From positions 1 through 28,433 of the forward strand of contig NIVC01001882.1 in the NCBI GenBank assembly GCA_002269645.1: DNA of 28,433 bases, written 5' to 3'. Below the pieces are notes generated by a model that saw only the letters and a list, made by a program, of their open reading frames with translations, had not been told where the DNA came from and searched no databases. Origin of the DNA: Macrostomum lignano. Its lineage: Eukaryota. A program made the translations under genes and the position numbers. Shown piece after piece: positions 18,737-28,433 of this stretch; position 1 is the stretch's first letter; every line of letters starts with the position of its first letter.

Positions 18737-21460
18737 ATGGCCGCGCCTATGGCGGGCTGGCCGCAGCAGCCACCGTTGCAGCCTCCGCAGATGCAGCAGC
18801 AGCTGCCGCCTCCGCAGATCCCACAGCAGCTGCCGCCACCGCAGATCCCGCAGCAGCAGCCGCCACAGCAACAACAACGGCAGCAGCAACAGCAACAGCA
18901 AGCGATGGTCGTGTGGGGGTCAGCCGGGGTCAATATCGCGTCCACCCGGCTCGGCTCCTTGAACAGCGGCTCGCGGTGCCACTTCTGCAAGGACTTGATC
19001 TCCGGAGACCAGTTCATCCGCACGGACCTCATGGCCTGCCACATTGAGTGCTTTCGCTGCTGCATCTGCTGCTCGGTGATGCTGGGCCTGCGCGCCTTCC
19101 GGCTGGGCAACCGGATCTGCTGTCAGCGCTGCTTCCGCGTGCTGACCATCTGCGCTCACTGCGGCGGCCCCATCATCAACGGGAAGAGCTGGGCAAGTCG
19201 CTGGGAGGGCTCGTGATCGAAAGACTTTACCCTGGGTTGGGACTCAGCCCAGAGTGGCACCCATGTGGGAGATTGGGGCAGCCTCCTCAGCCCACAGTGG
19301 AAATCCGTGGGAAGATGATGTGCCACCCAATCACAGACTCCGATCGATAAAATTTGCACGCTGAGCATTAAAGCTAAAAGCGTCAATCATGAGGCAGCTC
19401 AAGAATGTGAGGCTTTGCAAGCACACCTGAATGGAACTTCCTAAACATTCTGATCCAGCTCGCCTCAACTTGCTGCTTTGTCAATCAGAACATTTTTTCA
19501 AAATCTTCTCATTGGTGAAGTGATCGGGGAAGCTGCAGGGACTACGCGGCTGATGAAGCTATAGAAGCTTCAATCAAATGAATTAATTTTAATCAAGTCT
19601 CCCTCAGCCTTTATGGCCTGGCCCGGGAGTTCCTGCTCGGGCGGGTCACGCAAAACTGACAGCGGACTCTCGCTACAGTGCGGCAGTGCTCTGGTCACAG
19701 ATTGCCTGGCTTATTAACAAATCTCTAAGCGAGCTTCCCTGAAAAACTCTCGATTATGGAATTCACCATCGCGCGTGTACATGTATATGTTCCCGACCCT
19801 GGCACCCAGCTTCCTTCCAGGTTCCACCTAGCGATGAGGCACTAAAATGGCACCCAAACAGCCATCAAAATGAAACCCAAACAGCCATCAAAATGGCACC
19901 CAAAAAGCCATCAAAATGACACCCAAACAGCCATCAAAATGACACCCAAACAGGCATCAAAATAGCACCCAAACAGCCATCAAAATGACACCAAAACAGC
20001 CATTAAAATAACACCCAAACAGCCATTAAAATAACACCAAAACAGCCATCAAAATGACACCAAAACAGCCATCAAAATGACACCCAAACAGCCATCAAAA
20101 TGACACCCAAACAGCCATCAAAATGGCACCCAAAAAGCCATCAAAATGACACCCAAACAGCCATCAAAATGACACCCAAACAGCCATCAAAATGGCACCC
20201 AAACAGACACTGAAATGGCCCAAAAAGATGCAAAAATGGCATCAAAAAGACACCAGTGGCACCCTAGCAAACTGCAAAGGTGCAAAATAGAAATACGTCA
20301 CATTCGTGCATCCTAATTTATCCTGTCGTCACTCCCGAAGCCCAGGTCGAGCTGCACGGCAAGGCCTACCACCCTCACCACCTGTACTGCAGCGTCACAG
20401 CCTGCGGCGCCGTCCTGAAATTCGAGCCCGGCTTCACTCTCGATGAACGCCGGCAGCCGCTGTGCCCGGCGCACCACCCGCAAGCAGCTGCCTGCGCCGT
20501 CTGCGGCACCCAGATTGTCGGCGAGGCCATCCAGCTGACCGACCGGTGCAACACGACGCTGCGCCATCCGGAGTGCTTCATGTGCAGCCTCTGCGGCTGC
20601 CTGCTCAGCTGGGAGTTCGTCATCGACCAGTTCGGTCGGCCCATGTGCAGCGAGCACATAGACATGGGCCGCGCCTTCGAGCGGATCATCTTGAAGCGGC
20701 AGCTGGCGGCGCAGGGGGCCAAACAGCCGGCCAAGGAAGCGAGCAAGGAAGGAGGCAAGCCGAAGAAGAAAAGGAAGAGGCGAAGGAAGGGGAGGAGGTC
20801 GCGCAGGAAGAAGAGAAGACCAAGGAGGAGGCGCAAGCGGCGTCGGAGGCGGAGAAAAAGGCGAAGGAGGCCCCGAGGTGGCCACAATGCGCAGGTGCAG
20901 AACAGGTGAGTGCTGAGTTGCGAGATGGAATCTGGAAGCCTAAGAATTCTCTGTGCTGAGCGAAGCCATTTGTGCCATGAAATTTGCACTTCAGTGCTGA
21001 TTGGTGCAGCTGGTCCACATGGAGCTCCAGCGCCTCGGACTGGACAACTGGGACCGGGTGAGACCTGGGGATGCAGCAAGGCTTCAGGAACTCACTAGGG
21101 ATGCAGCAGGGCTTCAGGAACTCACTGGGGATGCAGCAGGGCTTCAGGAACTCACTGGGGATGCAGCAGGGCTTCAGGAACTCACTGGGGATGCAGCAGG
21201 GCTTCAGGAACTCACTGGGGATGCAGCAGGGCTTCAGGAACTCACTGGGGATGCAGCAAGACTTCAGTCAAGCAGTGACTGTTGCACGCACTTGACCATT
21301 CAGGAGCAGTAGTGGCGGTGGCGCTCATCACGCAGCCACCTCGGATTCGCAGCTCCGGGCAGCCAACACGGCGGAGCTTCTGTCGCAGCTGTCAGCGGGC
21401 GGCAGCGCCAGCAGCAGCGGCTGGGTGACCACCAGCCAGACGGAGACTGCGCAACGCTGA
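18737..21460 (+). CDS. Three-LIM-domain protein with Pro/Gln-rich N-terminus and basic tract; join(18737..19192,20346..20905,21304..21460), ~390 aa
   Basis: LIM1 CHFC..H..C..C..C..C..C. LIM2 CAHC-x18-H-x2-H-x2-C..C..C..H is rebuilt across intron 1. LIM3 CAVC..H..C..C..C..C..H. Donor GTGAGT at 20906 and acceptor CATTCAG at 21303 join in phase 2 to a 51-codon last exon. Architecture is zyxin/paxillin-like, but orthology is not recognised. Confidence 0.8.
19844..20206. repeat. 23-bp minisatellite (AAAATGACACCCAAACAGCCATC), ~16 copies, LIM gene intron 1
   Basis: Direct periodicity; degenerate copies extend to ~20250. Confidence 0.95.
21066..21267. repeat. 30-bp minisatellite (GGGGATGCAGCAGGGCTTCAGGAACTCACT), ~6.7 copies, LIM gene intron 2
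   Basis: Direct periodicity. Confidence 0.95.
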
Positions 21461-21980
21461 CGCAGCCCCGCGCGATGCACTGTGCAACTCCAAATGAACT
21501 CACGGAAGTTTAACTGCCAGTAATATTTTTATTTAGGGCTTAGCGCTATTGTTAAGGATTGCTGCTGCGTAGGGCACAAAAAGTACAATGTGCACTTATT
21601 AACTCCTGGTAGAGAATAGCCATCCATGTATTTAGCAATGCAAACCGAGACTGGGGGAGATTCTGTATGGGATCTGCAATAAAACATCGTGAAGAGTTAA
21701 TTTTGTAATTATGGAGCGCATGTGATGCTGTGGTTGACAGGTCGGAGCGGTGTATGGATGCTTAATTAATGTGCGAGGCAAACTCAGAATAAAGCAGATG
21801 GGAGCCCCAGTGCAAGATTTCAGTAGGGACAAGTCAGACAAAACGCCTCTTCAGGCAGGCGGCAAAGTGTGTCAGCAAATATGCAAATTGCTTATGGCAG
21901 CTTGATGAGGCTTCAGAGTACTCAGCAGGGTGCTGCAGTCTGATCCCCACTGAAAGTTTAGGAGAGCACAGGAGTGTGAT

Positions 21981-22383
21981 CTGAATTCCAGACCCCAATC
22001 AGCACCTGTGCTCTGAATTCCAGACCCCAATCAGCACCTGTGCTCTGAATTCCAGACCCCAATCAGCACCTGTGCTCTGAATTCCAGACCCTAATCAGCA
22101 CCTGTGCTCTGAATTCCAGACCCCAATCAGCACCTGTGCTCTGAATTCCAGACCCCAATCAGCACCTGTGCTCTGAATTCCAGACCCCAATCAGCACCTG
22201 TGCTCTGAATTCCAGACCCCAATCAGCACCTGTGCTCTGAATTCCAGACCCCAATCAGCACCTGTGCTCTGAATTCCAGACCCCAATCAGCACCTGTGCT
22301 CTGAATTCCAGACCCCAATCAGCACCTGTGCTCTGAATTCCAGACCCCAATCAGCACCTGTGCTCTGAATTCCAGACCCCAAT
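21981..22383. repeat. 32-bp minisatellite (CTGAATTCCAGACCCCAATCAGCACCTGTGCT), ~12.5 copies
   Basis: Almost invariant copies between the convergent LIM and EF-hand genes. Confidence 0.95.
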
Positions 22384-22477
22384 TGGCTCCCACACTCCAG
22401 TTCGGAGATCCCTAATTGTTGATGACGCAGCTGCAGCCCCGAAGCTGATGCCCCTGCGGCGCTCATCCTGCCGGCGG

Positions 22478-22879
22478 TCACTGCATCAGCTGCACGAACT
22501 CCGGGTAGTTGAGGTTCCCGTCGCCGTTCTTGTCGGCCGCGGCCAGCCGGTTGGGGTCCACCGCGCGGCCGAGGCGCGAGGCCAGCTCGGCCGCCTCCGA
22601 CCGGCTCAGCAGGCCGTTCCTGTCCGCGTCCAGGGCGCGGAAGTCGGCGAGGTAGCGCAGGTCGGGCAGCTCGGCGCCGATGTGCTTGGCGGCCACCGCC
22701 TCGAACTCGGCGAAGTCAACGCAGCCGTTGCGGTCGCGGTCGACATCGGCCATGATGGCCAGGACGCTCGGCTCGTCCAGGTCGGTGCTGAAGGCGCGGA
22801 GGAGGGCGCCGAACTCGGCGCGGTCCAGGGTGCCGTTGCCGTCGGTGTCGAAGGCGTTGAAGAGATCGCGGAGGCTCAT
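22478..22879 (-). CDS. Calmodulin-like protein with four EF-hands (133 aa; an upstream exon cannot be excluded)
   Basis: Four canonical 12-residue loops: DTDGNGTLDRAE, DRDRNGCVDFAE, DADRNGLLSRSE, DKNGDGNLNYPE. Start context GCCGCCATG. Too divergent to be calmodulin itself. Confidence 0.9.
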   Translation of the reverse strand: MSLRDLFNAFDTDGNGTLDRAEFGALLRAFSTDLDEPSVLAIMADVDRDRNGCVDFAEFEAVAAKHIGAELPDLRYLADFRALDADRNGLLSRSEAAELASRLGRAVDPNRLAAADKNGDGNLNYPEFVQLMQ

Positions 22880-22892
22880 GGCGGCTGCCGGG

Positions 22893-23796
22893 ATGTCAGG
22901 AATATCAGGATACTGGTGACAGGAATGTCAGGATACTGGTGACAGGAATGCCAGGATACTGGTGTCAGGAATGTCAGGATACTGGTGACAGGAATGTCAG
23001 GGTACTGGTGTCAGGAATGTCAGGATACTGGTGACAGGAATGTCAGGATAGTGGTGACAGGAATGTCAGGATACTGGTGACAGGAATTTCAGAGTACTGG
23101 TGTCAGGAATATCAGGATACTGGTGACAGGAATGTCAGGATACTGGTGACAGGAATTTCAGAGTACTGGTGTCAGGAATATCAGGATACTGGTGACAGGA
23201 ATGTCAGGATACTGGTGACAGGAATGTCAGGATACTGGTGACAGGAATGTCAGGGTACTGGTGTCAGGAATGTCAGGATACTGGTGACAGGAATGTCAGG
23301 ATAGTGGTGACAGGAATGCCAGGATACTGGTGTCAGGAATGTCAGGATACTGGTGTCAGGAATTTCAGAGTACTGGTGTCAGGAATGTCAGGATACTGGT
23401 GACAGGAATGTCAGGATACTGGTGACAGGAATGTCAGGATACTGGTGTCAGGAATGTCAGGATACTGGTGACAGGGATGGCAGGATACTGGTGACAGGAA
23501 TGTCAGGATACTGGTGTCAGGAATGTCAGGATACTGGTGACAGGGATGGCAGGATACTGGTGACAGGAATGTCAGGATACTGGTGACAGGGATGGCAGGA
23601 TAGTGGTGACAGGAATGTCAGGATACTGGTGACAGGGATGGCAGGATACTGGTGACAGGGATGGCAGGATACTGGTGACAGGGATGGCAGGATACTGGTG
23701 ACAGGGATGGCAGGATACTGGTGACAGGGATGGCAGGATACTGGTGACAGGGATGGCAGGATACTGGTGACAGGGATGGCAGGATACTGGTCAGGA
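22893..23796. repeat. 23-bp minisatellite (GTCAGGATACTGGTGACAGGAAT), ~39 copies
   Basis: Direct periodicity; variant GACAGGGATGGCAGG dominates the right end. Confidence 0.95.
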
Positions 23797-24653
23797 CTGG
23801 CCAGGAGTAAATATGCCAGAAGGTGGGGATTCAGTTTAGGCCGTTCCCAATCCTATTTCTTCAGCGAGCCTTCGAGTTCAGCTGCTCAAGCATTCCACCG
23901 GAAGTCTCGCACATGAGTTGCTCACACGTGTCAGAGCTGGCCTTGGCAGTAAATCAGCGGAAGGGGTGGAGAATTTTCCCATGGACGCGGTGAACCGGAT
24001 TCAATGATCGCCATGGCTGATAAGAGCCGGGCTGCTGAGTCAGCGAGGGCCGCATGGCAACAAGCAGCAGCAGCAGATTTGCACTATCGATAAATTCCCC
24101 CCCCCCGGAGCAAAACAGAAACGGCAAAACGAGCTGCTCGCATGTTAAAGAAACTGGCCGGGCATTGCCGGGCGGGGAATTCGCCGGTCCCCAGGGCGGC
24201 CACTCTCGCCGCTGCGGCCTCGCGGGCCCGCAAGGCTAAGCCGGGCCGGGGCGGCACACGGATGTCGCTGCAGTAATGGCCGCCCCGCCACGGACTGCAT
24301 GCACAGCCGGATATCAAATATACGAGCGCCGCCGCTTCTTCCTGCTTGTTCGGGGGGGGGGGGTAATCTGGGCAATCTGGGAGGCTTCCCGTCCACCCCA
24401 GATCTCCTGTTCCGAGCAGCAACAGCCTCAATCTGAGCAGCTATTGCAAAAGCAAACTAAAAAATCTTGTTTAACGGCCAGCAATTTTGCATTCCTGCGC
24501 CATGCGTCTTCCGGATGGATGGATGATGGGGTTCCGGGCAGTGCAAACTCAGACTCCGATGCGGCTTCATCTGGTTAGTCAGGGGTGCCTACTTATCTGA
24601 TGTGAAATTGTCCGCTGGGCGCAGATTCGGGGGCGGGCGCTAAAAGGGGGGGA

Positions 24654-24768
24654 GACAGTATGAACTCGGACAGTCGTGAACTCGGACAGTATGAACTCGG
24701 ACAGTCGTGAACTCGGACAGTATGAACTCGGACAGTCGTGAACTCGGACGGTCGTGAACTCGGACAAT
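24654..24768. repeat. 15/16-bp tandem repeat (TGAACTCGGACAGTCG / TGAACTCGGACAGTA), ~7 copies
   Basis: Direct periodicity. Confidence 0.9.
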
Positions 24769-25248
24769 CTCCCGCGGGAGTAAATTGAGCAGCCGCTGGC
24801 TGCAGGGATAATTCTCCCGAATCGTGGGAATTAGGACTTAGGGAAAAAGAAGAGATTGCGCGGAGGCGGATGAGAAGATGAGCGAGGATTTCCCCCGAGA
24901 TGAGCGCCTCAAACTTACCTGTTGAGAACGGAACGAAACAAAAAAGCAGCGCAGGGTCGAACAGAGCTCAGGCGGCTGTGGAACTCGGCTTGAGCTCCGG
25001 TTTTATGCCCCGAGCTGCCAAGTCGGCGGTTGGCTAAGGGGTGCTCAGGAGCGTCCGGGATTGGCCGCGCGACTGCTCAAGCTTCTGCTCCGTGAGGACT
25101 TTTCTCAGTGCAGGATTCGAAGCTGAAGCCGCGTCAAAAGCCGCTTGAGCGGATCAGCCAAATCAGCTTCATCTTCGGGAGAACAGGAAATTATCCACAG
25201 CAGGAAGTCAACCAGACAAAGCTTTCAGTCTGGCATTAAAGTGTAGAA

Positions 25249-25777
25249 GTGCTCAGCCAGATTCCCAATGCTCAGTGAGTGCTCAGCCAGATTCTCAATG
25301 CTCAGTGAGTGCTCAGCCAGATTCCGAATGCTCAGTGAGAGCTCAGCCAGATTCCCAATGCTCAGTGAGTGCTCAGCCAGATTCCGAATGCTCAGTGAGA
25401 GCTCAGCCAGATTCCCAATGCTCAGTGAGTGCTCAGCCAGATTCTCAATGCTCAGCGAGTGCTCAGCCAGATTCTCAATGCTCAGTGAGAGCTCAGCCAG
25501 ATTCCCAATGCTCAGTGAGTGCTCAGCCATATTCCCAATGCTCAGTGAGTGCTCAGCTAGATTCCCAACGCTCAGTGAGAGCTCAGCCAGATTCTCAATG
25601 CTCAGTGAGAGCTCAGCCAGATTCCCAATGCTCAGTGAGTGCTCAGCCATATTCCCAACGCTCAGTGAGTGCTCAGCTAGATTCCCAACGCTCAGTGAGA
25701 GCTCAGCCAGATTCTCAATGCTCAGTGAGAGCTCAGCCAGATTCCCAACGCTCAGTGAGTGCTCAGCCAGATTCTCA
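25249..25777. repeat. 30-bp minisatellite (GTGCTCAGCCAGATTCCCAATGCTCAGTGA), ~17 copies
   Basis: Direct periodicity; source of three repetitive ORFs in the track. Confidence 0.95.
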
Positions 25778-26601
25778 AGTTACTCGAGCTCAAGCAGGCA
25801 GTTATTCGCCAGCAGACGCGTAGTTGCATGAATTAATTGGTCTCAGGACGAAGCCGAGGCAGCCGGAGCAGGTGGCCAGGCGGCTGAGCACTGCTGCAGT
25901 GAGCCGATCAGCTGTCACAAGAAAAGCTCACCGGGGCTGCAACTGCTTCATGCACAGCAGCTGAGCAGAATTCAATGCAAACCAATTACTCTGAGCAGCC
26001 TCCTTCCCCAGCAAGCCTCTCAAGAGCTGCGGCTTGTTGACAGGCAACACAGCGGACCGGCAGCGACCTCGTTAAAGCAGCAAGCGGCCCCTCCTCCGCC
26101 CGCCCGACTGGCAGCTTCTGCGTTCACCCGTCGAGAGCCGCCGACTGCAGGCCGATCGCTCGATACCGCCGGGCCGCCCGCAGTTGGCGATGGCGCATCG
26201 ATTATTATTAGTTCGGCTTTACTGCAACAGCCTCCGCTCCCCCAGCTGCATCCATGCTGCTGCCTCATGGATTTTCTGCATCCAATTTTTGAGTAGGCCA
26301 GTTCGACTCTGGACTGTCTCAAGAAGCCCGCGGCTGCGGAACTGCTGAGAATGTTGGACTGAGCTCTCAGAGCCATGCATTCGTTGGGTCTTTTTATGAC
26401 AGCTGGATGTCACGTGACTCTCCAGGCGGCCTTCCCAGAGCATACAAATTTAATTGCCACACAATGCAGCTCAAGTGGAGATCTGCAATATTGTTTATAA
26501 CAAGCTTACTACATATGTGGCTACTAACAGTAACACACTGTGTTTCCCTAACAAAGCGAACTTGAAAAAACAAAATATCGAGGCCAGCAACGATTCCAAT
26601 G

Positions 26602-26615
26602 GTTTCCATGGCAAC
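26602..26615. promoter_or_regulatory. Canonical RFX X-box
   Basis: GTTTCCATGGCAAC matches the 14-bp X-box consensus GTHNYY-AT-RRNAAC; lies in AT-rich sequence ~1 kb past the DEPDC1-like stop codon. Confidence 0.55.
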
Positions 26616-27146
26616 AGAGAGCAGTAGAAATACGCTAAGCGGTAATGCGGGATTATAATGACAGGTAACGTATATTATAGTTAGAAAAACAGGTAATTGC
26701 AGTTTAACAAAACAGAAGACGAAGTGGCTGAACAGCTGCAGGCTTTATACAAAAATACTTGCTCGGAGAATAATTGAGCTAAAAACTTCAACTGCAAGTG
26801 AAACAAAGGAACATTGCTTGACAGGCTAAAAGAAGACAAATTGGCAGGCGAATGCAATGTCCGAAAGGTTTAAATAAATAAAATTTGACTTGAAATGCTC
26901 GGCAGTCAGTGCTTTGCTTATATTGGCCACTCAAAGGTGCGTGCAACAAATAAAAAACTGTGTTGACAAGGTGCGAAGCTTTGCAGTGATACAAGTTGAA
27001 TACAAGTGCAGCTGCACCGGTGAATGGGGCATGCGGACTTTGACAAGTAGGGGAGCTGCGACTGAGAGCAGATTGTCACAGGAGTTTCATGCCAGTCATA
27101 CTACAGGTGGTTAGTCTAGAGAAATTAAAATTACAGATGAATATAA

Positions 27147-27482
27147 AATCCCAGGTGGCGATCTAGAGTGGATTAGAATCCCAGCTGGCAATCTAGAGGG
27201 GTTTAGAATCCCAGGTGGTGATCTAGAGGGGATTAGAATCCCAGGTGGTGATCTAGAGGGGATTAGAATCCCAGGTGGCGATCTGGAGGGGATTAGAATC
27301 CCAGGTGACTATCTAGAGGGGATTAGAATCCCAGGTGGTGATCTAGAGGGGATTAGAATCCCAGGTGGCGATCTGGAGGGGATTAGAATCCCAGGTGACT
27401 ATCTAGAGGGGATTAGAATCCCAGGTGGTGATCTAGAGGGGATTAGAATCCCAGGAGGCGATCTGGAGGGGATTCTAATCCC
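27147..27482. repeat. 30-bp minisatellite (CCCAGGTGGTGATCTAGAGGGGATTAGAAT), ~11 copies
   Basis: Direct periodicity; internal GGGATT-AG-AATCCC inverted repeat. Confidence 0.95.
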
Positions 27483-27650
27483 ATAAAACTACTCAGAGTG
27501 GATTGGGATTTCAGGCGATTACCTGGTAGAGATCAGACTAATAGGATCAGTTCGATTCTTAATAAAAATTCAAGACCGCGCAGGAAGGCGCACCAAGAGG
27601 AGCTTAGCAACTCCTCTTAGCCATAGCAACCACTTCCCCAGCGCCACCCG

Positions 27651-28433
27651 TCACAGCCGCCAGTTCCGCAGAGCGGCAATGGTGCGGCCCAGCAGGCCCG
27701 GCGCGGCCGGCGGTCCCCGCAGGCTGTCCAGCACCGACCGCTCGACCTCGGCATCCGGGAAGCGGGCCGCGTACACGTGCGGGTGCGACTCCTTGAACAG
27801 GCGCAGCTTGCGGCGCTTCTCCCTGGCCGGCAGGTTCTCATCGGACAGGAGGCCCTCCAGCAGGTTGAGCAGCGCCTGGTCGGAGGCCAGCCGGCCGGAC
27901 AGGGAGAACTGTTCGGCCGGGATGCGGCTGCAGAATTGCTGCTTCTGCGTCTGCTCCGACTGGGACGGCGCGGCTGTTTTGGCGGTGGCTGCCGTTGCGG
28001 CGCTGCTCTGGCGAGACTGAAAAGTTATTAGGTCATAGCTAGCAGCAGTGGTCATAGCTAGCAGCAGTGGTCATAGCTAGCAGCAGTGGTCATAGCTAGC
28101 AGCAGTGGTCATAGCTAGCAGCAGTGGTCATAGCTAGCAGCAGTGGTCATAGCTAGCAGCAGTGGTCATAGCTAGCAGCAGTGGTCATAGCTAGCAGCAG
28201 TGGTCATAGCTTGCAGCAGTGGTCATAGCTTGCAGCAGTGGTCATAGCTTGCAGCAGTGTCATAGCTAACAGCAGTGGTCATACTCATATACATTAAAAC
28301 GCGCTTACCAGCTGCAGCTCTCGCACGGCAGCCAGCCTGGCCTCGATGCATTCGCGCAAATCCGCAGGCGGCCGGAAGATCATGGAGTAGTGATCAGTCA
28401 TAAACGACACCAGCTGAAGAGCGAACACGTCCG
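27651..28433 (-). CDS. DEPDC1: DEP-domain-containing protein 1 family (DEPDC1/DEPDC1B/LET-99-like), last two exons; join(complement 28309..>28433, 27651..28016)
   Basis: LVSFMTDHYSMIFRPP, FCSRIPAEQF and SDQALLNLLEGLLSDENLPAREKRRKLRLFKESHPHVYAARFP match the DEPDC1-family C-terminus as recalled (LVSFLMDHH.., YCKQISAQEF, LLENII.NRSLPLKEKRKKLKQFQKEYPLIYQKRFP). Phase-0 intron 28308-28017 runs GTAAGC..TTTCAG. 5' part is outside the window. Confidence 0.8.
28031..28283. repeat. 19-bp minisatellite (GGTCATAGCTAGCAGCAGT), ~13 copies, fills the DEPDC1-like intron
   Basis: Direct periodicity. Confidence 0.95.

Noticed and set aside
24084-24431. 115-aa minus-strand ORF as a standalone gene
   Set aside because: No recognisable domain, and homopolymer G/C runs make the frame unreliable; kept only as part of the unresolved locus.
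25225-25831. Three 141-187 aa repetitive ORFs
   Set aside because: Stop-free frames of a 30-bp minisatellite, open on both strands.
21981-27482. CRISPR-like appearance of the 30-32 bp repeats, some with palindromes
   Set aside because: No unique spacers, no cas genes, and the context is spliced eukaryotic genes.

Overview
Eukaryotic (animal) genomic DNA, not prokaryotic: GC-rich spliced exons in AT-rich, minisatellite-filled introns, with (CCCTAA)n tracts. The style resembles a free-living flatworm such as Macrostomum (inference only). Bases 1-12712 are a head-to-tail array of six copies of a non-autonomous Helitron-like element (TC..TATACTAAAG + GTCT-microsatellite head; hairpin + CTCG tail). 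Each copy carries a short telomeric tract and a 30-bp satellite; copies 3-6 also carry a 0.7-1.1 kb purine tract. Directly downstream is a decaprenyl-diphosphate synthase subunit 1 (PDSS1) gene with one box C/D snoRNA in each of four successive introns: three paralogues with an 18S guide like SNORD32A and one with an 18S guide like SNORD54. Then come a 3-LIM-domain gene with an Arg/Lys-rich tract (+), a 4-EF-hand calmodulin-like gene (-), an unresolved minus-strand region downstream of a canonical RFX X-box, and the last two exons of a DEPDC1-family gene (-). Nine unrelated minisatellites fill the other introns and spacers. Most long ORFs in the supplied track are repeat artefacts. All family assignments come from recalled motifs; no searches were run.
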